Origin: a virus
Lineage: Duplodnaviria > Caudoviricetes
Strand: one strand, 5' to 3'
Virus record (IMG/VR): IMGVR_UViG_3300044448_008243
Coordinates: 1 to 64,000 of that record
Length of the DNA: 64,000 bases
How positions within the stretch are numbered: the stretch's first letter is position 1; each line of letters opens with the position of its first letter. This document shows, one piece after another, positions 17,443 to 24,992 of this stretch. The translations under genes and the position numbers were made by a program. A model generated the notes under the pieces. The model saw only the letters and a list, made by a program, of their open reading frames with translations, made no database searches and had not been told where the DNA came from.

Positions 17443-18575
17443 TCCTTCTCCATCTTATTTGCTGTAACCGGTTCAAAAAGAACCACAAGATCCATAGAGG
17501 GGGTAGAATAATAAGCACCAAGGTAATTTTTATGTATTGCTTTAAAAAGCTCAGTCCATTCAATATCATTTCTAAAACCATAAGTAGGGTGCCTAATAGA
17601 TTTCATAATTCCTTCAGGATCGCTTTTTATACTATACAGCTGATTTGTAGGAATGTCAAGAGAAAAAAGATGCTTTCCTTGCTTAACTTGGCTTTCTGCT
17701 TGGTCAAGGTTGACATAAAAGAATGAACGAGGATATGTTGATCTTTCCTTTTCTCTTCTGGAATATCTTTGTTTTCCAAACTGTGAAGGGTCAACTTGTA
17801 TTTTATCAGCTTCAACTGGAGCGTAGTGATAAAGGGTGACTTTGCCGTTATCATCATAGGCAGACAAGTCTGCTTCGTTTAGATTGTACACCATGTGCAT
17901 CTCGTTGATTTCTCTATCAACTCTCTGTGCTATTAGTTTTGCTGCTTGCCTTTGTTTTCCGGGCAGATCTTCGTAAGTTTTTGTCTCTTCGTCTTCTTTC
18001 ATAACAAAGGGCCGCCCACTAACACGAGACATAAATTCGCCTGTTTCGCCGCCCATAAACTTGCCAACAGTTTCTTTTTGGTCTAAGCCGGGGTACTTCC
18101 CTTTGTTTGTGCCGTAAATGTAACCTTCTTCACCTTTTGGAACGAGAATAACTGAATCTTGACAATATCTTTTACCAAGATTGATTATTTCTTCAAAGAA
18201 ATGCGGGTCGTCTTTTAGGTTAGTTACAAAGAAACTGGCTTCTTTAACCTCTCTTGGTACTTTTTCTGGGTCAATAGATCCAAAGTTCTCAATATAAGAG
18301 CCTTGAATGTTTTTAACACCGTAGCCCTGACTAAGAAGGAAAGCTGAGAGTTCTTTATTGTTTCTTTTATTAGTTTCGCCTCTTTTTCCCATCTTGTCTC
18401 TCTCGGAGAGTTCTTCTTCGGATGGAGGCATATAAACGCACATAGATTTGTCATTTATATCGCCACGAAATGCTGTGATGAAGGCAGTATCGTAGTCAGA
18501 CATATCTTGTCTAATTTTATTTAAGCCTGCTTCATTGATAAGAAATTTTTGCCAGTTTTTGTGTGGATTGTTCAT
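17439..18575 (-). CDS. Two-module phage protein (DUF3293-like N-terminal domain plus a second module)
   Basis: AFITAFRG..NKEL..L..GY...QGSY..E.SFFV..QDSVI; second module starts after YNLNE. Confidence 0.5.
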   Translation of the reverse strand: MNNPHKNWQKFLINEAGLNKIRQDMSDYDTAFITAFRGDINDKSMCVYMPPSEEELSERDKMGKRGETNKRNNKELSAFLLSQGYGVKNIQGSYIENFGSIDPEKVPREVKEASFFVTNLKDDPHFFEEIINLGKRYCQDSVILVPKGEEGYIYGTNKGKYPGLDQKETVGKFMGGETGEFMSRVSGRPFVMKEDEETKTYEDLPGKQRQAAKLIAQRVDREINEMHMVYNLNEADLSAYDDNGKVTLYHYAPVEADKIQVDPSQFGKQRYSRREKERSTYPRSFFYVNLDQAESQVKQGKHLFSLDIPTNQLYSIKSDPEGIMKSIRHPTYGFRNDIEWTELFKAIHKNYLGAYYSTPSMDLVVLFEPVTANKMEKE

Positions 18576-18580
18576 AATGG

Positions 18581-18588
18581 TAAATAGT
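18581..18588 (-). promoter_or_regulatory. Putative phage late promoter box ACTATTTA
   Basis: 5 nt before ATG 18575, no SD. Confidence 0.5.
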
Positions 18589-18606
18589 TTATAATATTTA
18601 AAAAGA

Positions 18607-18931
18607 TGGTGGAGGTGGGGGGAATCGAACCCCCGTCCTAAATAACTCTGCTAATGAGTCGTTCACAAGGTTAGTCTGTAAAATACTAGAAAATAACACA
18701 GACAATTTATTTTCCATAAGCCTGCTTTCGCACCACTCATTTTTAGGAAATGAGAAACCATATGCCATTTTGGTTTAGAAGGTATGGCTACCCCCGATTA
18801 CGCAGCTAGTGCGTATTCAGAGTAAGTGTCAGTATTTGCACTTATAAGTTTCAGCGTTTTTACAGAGACCGTCGCTGCCCTCTGCCTTGCACACATTAGT
18901 TTCACTACCCAGTCGAAACCTGTACACCCCC
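18607..18931 (-). ncRNA. ssrA: tmRNA; tag peptide ANTDTYSEYALAA (18798-18839)
   Basis: 5' GGGGGTGTACAGGTTTCGAC, 3' GGTTCGATTCCCCCCACCTCCACCA; acceptor stem with G3:U wobble; tag ORF ending ALAA-stop. Confidence 0.95.
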
Positions 18932-18940
18932 ATATTTCAA

Positions 18941-19105
18941 AGAACTTCGCCCCCTCGCCATCCTAAGCAAACGAGGGGGCATCGTTAAAAAGCGAACGGA
19001 TACTCGCAGAGCCGTCGTGCTATCCCTTCTTCAATATTTATCCCCTTCGTTAAGGGCATGGAAGGTTAACCTACTTGTTATTTAGATAACGCCTTTCAAC
19101 TTCCT
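18941..19105 (-). ncRNA. Candidate structured ncRNA of unknown family upstream of tmRNA
   Basis: GC-rich non-coding stretch with four or more hairpins, starting at the predicted +1 of a sigma70 promoter. Confidence 0.5.
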
Positions 19106-19112
19106 AATCATA

Positions 19113-19140
19113 ACTATACAGGTTTCTGAGATTATGTCAA
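19113..19140 (-). promoter_or_regulatory. sigma70 promoter for the candidate ncRNA/tmRNA transcript
   Basis: TTGACA (19135-19140), 16 nt, TATAGT (19113-19118). Confidence 0.65.
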
Positions 19141-19481
19141 TCAGTTTCTTCAAAAAAACCTATTGTATTATATTTTTTCAACAAGTTGTCCATTTTATCA
19201 ACATCCATTCCAATCAAATTTGCGGCATCAACTTTAGTTCTACAAACTGAGATAGCTGTTTTCAATACAGCATCTCTTACTATGAAAGGTATTGATTTCC
19301 AAATAGGAATGCCAAATAATTTGCCACTTACAGGTCTGCTGGAGATTTCTAGTTTTAATGCGATCAAATCTTCCAATGGCAGATTAGAAACGAATATTTC
19401 CATTTCTTCAGGCAACTTTCCTTCTTTCCTCAACTTCCTAATAATACTATAACTTTTCTTCTTTTTTGAATCTTTTTTCAT
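19137..19481 (-). CDS. Hypothetical protein with possible C-terminal Fis-type HTH
   Basis: AVLKTAISVCRTKVDAANLIGMDVDKMDNLLKKY. Confidence 0.5.
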   Translation of the reverse strand: MKKDSKKKKSYSIIRKLRKEGKLPEEMEIFVSNLPLEDLIALKLEISSRPVSGKLFGIPIWKSIPFIVRDAVLKTAISVCRTKVDAANLIGMDVDKMDNLLKKYNTIGFFEETD

Positions 19482-19488
19482 TTTTTAT

Positions 19489-19517
19489 TTGACATTGAAA
19501 ATTTGCTGTGCTACCCT
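19489..19517 (+). promoter_or_regulatory. Putative sigma70 promoter
   Basis: TTGACA (19489-19494), 17 nt with TGTG, TACCCT (19512-19517); an ACTAGTTA box follows at 19532-19539. Confidence 0.45.
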
Positions 19518-19547
19518 CAAAACAACTAATTACTAGTTATTATTAGC

Positions 19548-20024
19548 ATGTTAAAAACTACTTGGAATACTGGTTCTAAAGATATCATAGAATTTAATGA
19601 TATTATAGAACAGATTAAAAAACATACCTTATTAAATGGTACTGTATATATTGGTACTGATTCTTTCTTTATTAAAAATAAATGTATATTTGCTACTGCT
19701 ATTTGCTTATATGGAGCAGATAAACAAAAAGGTGGTAGGTATTTTTATATTAAAACAAGTCTAAATAAGAAACAATTTCCTGAACTAAGTATCCGCATGA
19801 TTAAGGAAGCAGAAAAGACTATAAATCTAGCAAATCATATTGTAGAATTAATTCCAACTGCTAAACTAGAACTACACTTAGATATTAGCCCACAAGAAAA
19901 TAACGAAGGCACTAGTCACTTGGCTAAGATGTTAGTTGGCTATGTAAAAGGTTCTGGCTATGAATGCAAAATAAAGCCTGATGCTTTTGCTGCTGCGTCA
20001 ATCGCAGATAAACACTCTAAGTAA
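19548..20024 (+). CDS. YkuK/DUF458-like RNase H-fold protein
   Basis: VYIGTDS, FATAICLY..GGRYFY, EAEKTI, LELHLDI, AAASIAD. Confidence 0.75.
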   Translation: MLKTTWNTGSKDIIEFNDIIEQIKKHTLLNGTVYIGTDSFFIKNKCIFATAICLYGADKQKGGRYFYIKTSLNKKQFPELSIRMIKEAEKTINLANHIVELIPTAKLELHLDISPQENNEGTSHLAKMLVGYVKGSGYECKIKPDAFAAASIADKHSK

Positions 20025-20035
20025 AGGGAAATATT

Positions 20036-20551
20036 ATGATTACCACATCTGTCTTAATATGTATGACTGTTTTTTCTATTGATATGAGAAATGCGGATGT
20101 TATATGTGATAATGCTCATATTATTGAAGAAATGTCAAAAACATATGACCTAGACCCGTCTCTTATTATTGCTGTGGGTAGAATCGAAAGCGCTTGGACC
20201 CCAACAGCTAAAAGTCCTGCAAATGCTTGTGGGATTATGCAAGTTCTTCCAAAATACTCTAAGAAATTTGCTAATAAGGGAAGAAATTTAACTTGCGAAG
20301 AGCTTAAAGATCCAGAAACCAGTATTAGAGTTGGAACTAAAATACTAAGCTATTGGCTTCATAAATATGCTAAGGGAAACGAAACTACAGCATTGTGCGG
20401 ATATAACGCAGGATTTAGATGCAAAGGCGAAAATAAGAACAAGCAAGGTTTAAAATACGCCAAAGCTGTGTTAAAATACAGAAAATATTTTAAAAGAAAA
20501 ATGAGAATACAAAAGCGAAAATACAAAAATGAAATGTTTGCCAACCACTAA
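20036..20551 (+). CDS. Lytic transglycosylase (SLT domain)
   Basis: IIAVGRIESAW, ACGIMQV, SIRVGTKIL, ALCGYNAG. Confidence 0.85.
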   Translation: MITTSVLICMTVFSIDMRNADVICDNAHIIEEMSKTYDLDPSLIIAVGRIESAWTPTAKSPANACGIMQVLPKYSKKFANKGRNLTCEELKDPETSIRVGTKILSYWLHKYAKGNETTALCGYNAGFRCKGENKNKQGLKYAKAVLKYRKYFKRKMRIQKRKYKNEMFANH

Positions 20552-20558
20552 CTATTTA
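20551..20558 (+). promoter_or_regulatory. Putative phage late promoter box ACTATTTA
   Basis: Recurrent octamer upstream of the tubulin-like gene. Confidence 0.45.
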
Positions 20559-20593
20559 TTATCGTTGAAAAAAACATTTAGGAGATTAATAAA

Positions 20594-21745
20594 ATGAATG
20601 ATTTAAACTTGCCAACTCTGGATATCGAAGACATTGATATTGATGAGATTGAACAATCTAAGATGGACCTTGTTGAAGACGAAAGTGGCGGAGCCCTTCG
20701 CTATGGTATAGTTGGCTCAGGTCAAGGCGGCGGAAGAATGGCTAAAGCATTCTTTGACTTGGGATATAGAAAAACAATCGCGTTTAATTTGGCAAAGTCA
20801 GACCTTAATCATTTGGGCTTACCAGAGAACCACAAACATCATTTAGAGTATGAGGGCGCTTCTGGTGCTGGGAAAAACCATGCTGTATCAAAGCAGGCTT
20901 TCGATGATAAAAGCCAAGAAGTATTTAATAAATTTAAAGAAATCTTTGGTGATAATATTGATCGCATTTTAATTTGCGTCGGAGTCGGCGGCGGAACAGG
21001 TGGCGGAAGTGTCATGTCCCTTCTGGACACTGCAAAGCGATATTTTGCATACATCGGCGTTGAAAATCCCAATGAAAGAATCGGCGTTATTGCTTCTCTG
21101 CCAACTACAGGTGAATGCGCTTCTCCAATTGTTGCAGAAAATTCTTACAATAGAATGACAGAGCTTTGCAAAGAAGCAGAAAAAGGTAATTTTGCACCTC
21201 TCATTATTATTGATAATGATAAGATTAAAAAATTATATTCTCGCTTAACTGTGAAGCAATTCTGGCCGACACTCAATAATACAGTCGCCGGTCTTTTTCA
21301 CATCTTTAATCTTCTTTGCACCAAAAACTCTGATTATACTGTTTTTGACCCAGCAGATTACGATAGTATTATGAAAACGGCTGGTTGTATGATCTTCGGG
21401 GCTACAACAATCAAAGACCCGGAAAGCCCAACATCAGTTTCTCAAGGTCTTCGTAATAATCTAGAAAAAACACTTCTTGCCAGTGGGTTTGATTTGACTT
21501 CCGCAAAAGGTGCCGCATCTATTATTGTTGGCGGAACTGAACTATATGAAACAGTCCCCGGTCTCATGGATAATATTGAATATGGCTTTGATACTCTGGC
21601 TACCTTAACTGGCGGTGCTATCATCCATAGGGGTATTTATGAAGATCCAGAAAGAGAAAAGCTTGTAGCCTACACAATCGTTGGCGGTCTCAAATCCCCA
21701 AAGAAAAGAATTGAAGAATTGAAAAAGTTCTTGAAATTGAAATAA
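20594..21745 (+). CDS. Tubulin/FtsZ-family GTPase (PhuZ/TubZ-like)
   Basis: GSGQGGGRMA (T1), GVGGGTGGGS (T4 signature), TVFDPADY (T7-like). Confidence 0.9.
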   Translation: MNDLNLPTLDIEDIDIDEIEQSKMDLVEDESGGALRYGIVGSGQGGGRMAKAFFDLGYRKTIAFNLAKSDLNHLGLPENHKHHLEYEGASGAGKNHAVSKQAFDDKSQEVFNKFKEIFGDNIDRILICVGVGGGTGGGSVMSLLDTAKRYFAYIGVENPNERIGVIASLPTTGECASPIVAENSYNRMTELCKEAEKGNFAPLIIIDNDKIKKLYSRLTVKQFWPTLNNTVAGLFHIFNLLCTKNSDYTVFDPADYDSIMKTAGCMIFGATTIKDPESPTSVSQGLRNNLEKTLLASGFDLTSAKGAASIIVGGTELYETVPGLMDNIEYGFDTLATLTGGAIIHRGIYEDPEREKLVAYTIVGGLKSPKKRIEELKKFLKLK

Positions 21746-21757
21746 AAATAAGCTATA

Positions 21758-22120
21758 ATGTCTCTCATGAAGAGCGTTATAAAAATTATTTCTATTCTTT
21801 TCTTACTCACTCCTCTTGTTGTTCAAGCACAAGATTATTCACAAATTAGAAGACATTCAAATGTTTGGGTAAACGAGTGCAAGTCTTGTCACTCACCTTA
21901 TCAAGAATTAGCTAAAGATGTTGGCATCCAAACAGAACAGTACATGTTTAATTTTGTTTATTATCACAAAAATAAGGATGGTAAAGAATTTAATAAAATC
22001 TTATCCGCCGAGGAGATAGACTTTGTTGCTAGATTTGTATTGATAGCTGCTTATCTACATAAGCTGGAAGCGGATATGCGAAAAGCTGGGGAGCACTTGA
22101 AGAAGAATTTTGAATTATAA
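21758..22120 (+). CDS. Exported c-type cytochrome-like protein
   Basis: Signal peptide ending VQA; single CxxCH (CKSCH); C-terminal LSAEEIDFVARFV helix. Confidence 0.65.
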   Translation: MSLMKSVIKIISILFLLTPLVVQAQDYSQIRRHSNVWVNECKSCHSPYQELAKDVGIQTEQYMFNFVYYHKNKDGKEFNKILSAEEIDFVARFVLIAAYLHKLEADMRKAGEHLKKNFEL

Positions 22121-22194
<74 letters not shown>

Positions 22195-22223
22195 CTACAT
22201 ATTGTATAAACACAGAGGTTTTT

Positions 22224-22844
22224 ATGAAAAAATATTGGCACTTAGAAGCAGAAGATGAAGAAAATGAAGGTCCAACTATGATGGCAGGATCTTCAGATGA
22301 CAGCAGAGTTTCGGTAGAACAAAACAGGATATATTTTTATTCTGGTGTGACTAGGCAGGACAATCTTGCCCTCAACAAGTTGATACACACCACAGGAAAT
22401 AAACTAGCAAACATTCAGCAGATTTATAAACTTGAATGTCCTCCAAAATTAAATATACATATTAATTCTTATGGTGGTTCTGTTTTCGCAGGTTTCGGTT
22501 CAGTTGACTACATCCGAAATTGCCCCGTTCCAGTTGTTTCCATTATCGATGGCTGTGCTGCATCTGCTGCCACAATTATGAGTGTTGTTGCCGAAGAGAG
22601 ACTTATGCACGAGCATGCTTTCATGCTAATTCACCAACTATCATCAGGCATGTGGGGCAAGTTTGAAGAGATGAAGGATGATATGAAAAACAACGAGTTG
22701 TTGATGAAAAAGATTATCGGAATCTACGAAGAACACACTAAAATACCTAAATCAAAAATCAAAGATATTCTAAAAAGAGATCTATGGTGGGACGCCAAGA
22801 CTTGTTTAAAGTATGGTCTTGTCGATGATATTATCATCCCATGA
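22224..22844 (+). CDS. clpP: ClpP-like serine protease
   Basis: INSYGGSV, GCAASAATI (catalytic Ser), MLIHQ (His), YGLVDDII. Confidence 0.85.
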   Translation: MKKYWHLEAEDEENEGPTMMAGSSDDSRVSVEQNRIYFYSGVTRQDNLALNKLIHTTGNKLANIQQIYKLECPPKLNIHINSYGGSVFAGFGSVDYIRNCPVPVVSIIDGCAASAATIMSVVAEERLMHEHAFMLIHQLSSGMWGKFEEMKDDMKNNELLMKKIIGIYEEHTKIPKSKIKDILKRDLWWDAKTCLKYGLVDDIIIP

Positions 22845-23308
22845 GTGAAAAAACAATACTAGTAAGCGGTGCTTTCAACCCACTTCATTTCGGTCATTTG
22901 CTTCTTTTAAAAGATGCTAGCAAATATGGAAAAGTGATTGTAGCCTTAAACAGCGATGAATGGATCATGCAAAATAAAGGATATCTTTTATTTGATTTTG
23001 AAACCAGAAAAAGCCTACTAGAAGAGTGTGAGCATGTATCTAAAGTAGTTTCTTTTGATGACACCGATGGAGATGCAGTATACGCTCTGTTTGAGATTAG
23101 ACCAACATATTTTGGAAATGGTGGATCTGCTACAGGGTGTTCTTTACCAGAGGTTGAGATGAGAGTTTGTGAATATCTTGGGATTGAACCTGTTTTTAAT
23201 CTAGGAGATACTGTAAAAAATATAGATAATAATGTGCTGGTATCCGCACAGAGATCTATAATCAATCACGCAAACAAAGAACTAAAAAATCTCAAATCTC
23301 AAAAATAA
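22841..23308 (+). CDS. HxGH cytidylyl/adenylyltransferase (RfaE/TagD-like)
   Basis: SGAFNPLHFGH, VIVALNSDEW. Confidence 0.8.
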   Translation: MSEKTILVSGAFNPLHFGHLLLLKDASKYGKVIVALNSDEWIMQNKGYLLFDFETRKSLLEECEHVSKVVSFDDTDGDAVYALFEIRPTYFGNGGSATGCSLPEVEMRVCEYLGIEPVFNLGDTVKNIDNNVLVSAQRSIINHANKELKNLKSQK

Positions 23309-23924
23309 CTTCTTGATCAATCCAAATCTTCACAGGTTGACCCTTATACATCGCTGGCTCAAAGGTCCAGTTAGCAACTGCTTTCAGGGCAGCATCGTCA
23401 AACACACTCTTTGGCAGAGACTTTGTAACACGGCTCTTTAGAACCCTACCTTCTTTACTCAACAATATTTTCAAAGTTATTTTACCCGTAATACCATCTC
23501 TTGCTGCTTGTCTTGGATAGGCAGGCGGTTTATTAGAAATGTTTGGTCTCGGCTTTGTATCAACAGATCCAGCAGTCATAAGTAAATCTTTTGCGCTCTC
23601 TACCTCGCCAAGTAGATCATTACTAACAATATCCTTTATTTCTAGGGAAGGTATATCAAAGGATGCTCCCACAAGTGTGGATAGTATAACTGGCTTGGGT
23701 GCTTTGGCTTTCGCAGCCTTTTTTACCCTTTCCTTCTTCTTTTTCTTTTTCGGCTTGACTGGTGGTTTTTTAACCTTCTCAACCTTGAAGACAGTTTGTT
23801 TTTGTTCTGGTTTCTTATCCTTGTCCAAACTTTTCTCGTTGAGGGCAATAATAAAAAACATCACACCAAAGAAGCCAGCAAAGCCTATCAGTAGAGACAT
23901 AAAAAATCTTTTTATCTTTTTCAT
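23292..23924 (-). CDS. tonB: TonB-family energy transducer
   Basis: N-terminal TM, Lys/Pro linker, C-terminal PAYPRQAARDGITG..FDDAALKAVANWTFEPA. Confidence 0.85.
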   Translation of the reverse strand: MKKIKRFFMSLLIGFAGFFGVMFFIIALNEKSLDKDKKPEQKQTVFKVEKVKKPPVKPKKKKKKERVKKAAKAKAPKPVILSTLVGASFDIPSLEIKDIVSNDLLGEVESAKDLLMTAGSVDTKPRPNISNKPPAYPRQAARDGITGKITLKILLSKEGRVLKSRVTKSLPKSVFDDAALKAVANWTFEPAMYKGQPVKIWIDQEVIFEI

Positions 23925-23962
23925 ATCTATACTTATTTTTTGCTATTGTCATAAGATAAACC

Positions 23963-23992
23963 TTGACAAAGATGTAACAATAATGTTATAAA
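23963..23992 (+). promoter_or_regulatory. sigma70 promoter for tRNA-Leu
   Basis: TTGACA (23963-23968), 18 nt with TGn, TATAAA (23987-23992). Confidence 0.6.
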
Positions 23993-24008
23993 CTGTATAG
24001 ATTAAAAT

Positions 24009-24094
24009 GTCGGGGTGGTGGAACTGGTAGACACAGCAGACTTAAAATCTGCCGCACTAAAGCGTGTGTGGGGGTTCGAATCCCCCTCTCGACA
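24009..24094 (+). tRNA. tRNA-Leu(TAA), CCA not encoded
   Basis: GCAGA-CTTAAAA-TCTGC anticodon arm; long variable arm; GGGGG-TTCGAAT-CCCCC T arm. Confidence 0.93.
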
Positions 24095-24922
24095 CTAAAG
24101 ACTATTATCGCTCATATCAGACAGACCCAATCCTTTCCAAAAAGGCTCAACAACTCTGTCTTTTTTCTCTCCAAGTCTCAATCTCTCATTCTTCCTTATA
24201 CCATTAACGATAAAGGCTCTAAGCTCTTTAAGTGGGGGAGAGACTGACACAACTGGGAAATATACATTGACCGAGTGGATCATACCAACGATTTCATTGT
24301 GTTTATTAAAGATAGGAGAACCAGAACTACCGCCCATTGCAGGCACAGAATAATATGCTCTAGTATCTCTATTTCCCATAAAGAATCCTTCTAAAAGAGG
24401 AACAACATCTTTATAAAAAATACCAACAGGGGCAGCAACGTTATAGACCCTCTCCCCTTCTTCTAAAGATCTAGAGTATGGTGCTATTTTTGCTACTTTA
24501 GTCGTGTAAAGATTACGAGCAAACAACAAACAAGTATCAATAGTGTGATCCATACTAATAATGTCAGATACATACTCTCCAAGGCTAAAATTAACTGATC
24601 TCATTTGTACTAATATTTTTGAACCAGCAAATTCCGATGCTAGTTGCATCTCTTTCTCAAAAGAACAAACATGACCAGCAGTCAAAACATAAGATCCTTC
24701 ATCAGTTCTCATAACAACAGCACCAGATCCAGTTGATCTACTTGTTTTTGTTAAACATTCTTTAGGATCCGCAGGATTACAAACGGTAATAGCTACATTT
24801 TGTTTTATTTTAACAAATGTGTCTCTGGCATCTCTTTGAAAATCAAGATTAGATGTAGCACAAGAAAGTATTGAAAGACTAAATATGAATAATGATAGTA
24901 TAGTTAAAAGTCTGTTTCGCAT
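24095..24922 (-). CDS. Trypsin-like serine protease lipoprotein
   Basis: Lipobox ILSC; LTAGHVC, IDTCLL, GGSSGSP. Confidence 0.85.
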   Translation of the reverse strand: MRNRLLTILSLFIFSLSILSCATSNLDFQRDARDTFVKIKQNVAITVCNPADPKECLTKTSRSTGSGAVVMRTDEGSYVLTAGHVCSFEKEMQLASEFAGSKILVQMRSVNFSLGEYVSDIISMDHTIDTCLLFARNLYTTKVAKIAPYSRSLEEGERVYNVAAPVGIFYKDVVPLLEGFFMGNRDTRAYYSVPAMGGSSGSPIFNKHNEIVGMIHSVNVYFPVVSVSPPLKELRAFIVNGIRKNERLRLGEKKDRVVEPFWKGLGLSDMSDNSL

Positions 24923-24926
24923 ATCT

Positions 24927-24975
24927 TAACTAGTTTCAAAAAAGTTTAAACTTTAATATTTTCTGGTAGTATTTA
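24927..24975. promoter_or_regulatory. Divergent pair of putative late boxes flanking a 14-bp palindrome
   Basis: ACTAGTTA on minus (24927-24934), AAAGTTTAAACTTT (24941-24954), AGTATTTA on plus (24968-24975). Confidence 0.45.
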
Positions 24976-24992
24976 TAATACGAGGTATACCT

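Noticed and set aside
18575-18606. Theta/HDV-like ribozymes at tRNA or tmRNA 3' trailers
   Set aside because: Trailers are too short or are coding sequence; no nested double-pseudoknot pairing found by eye
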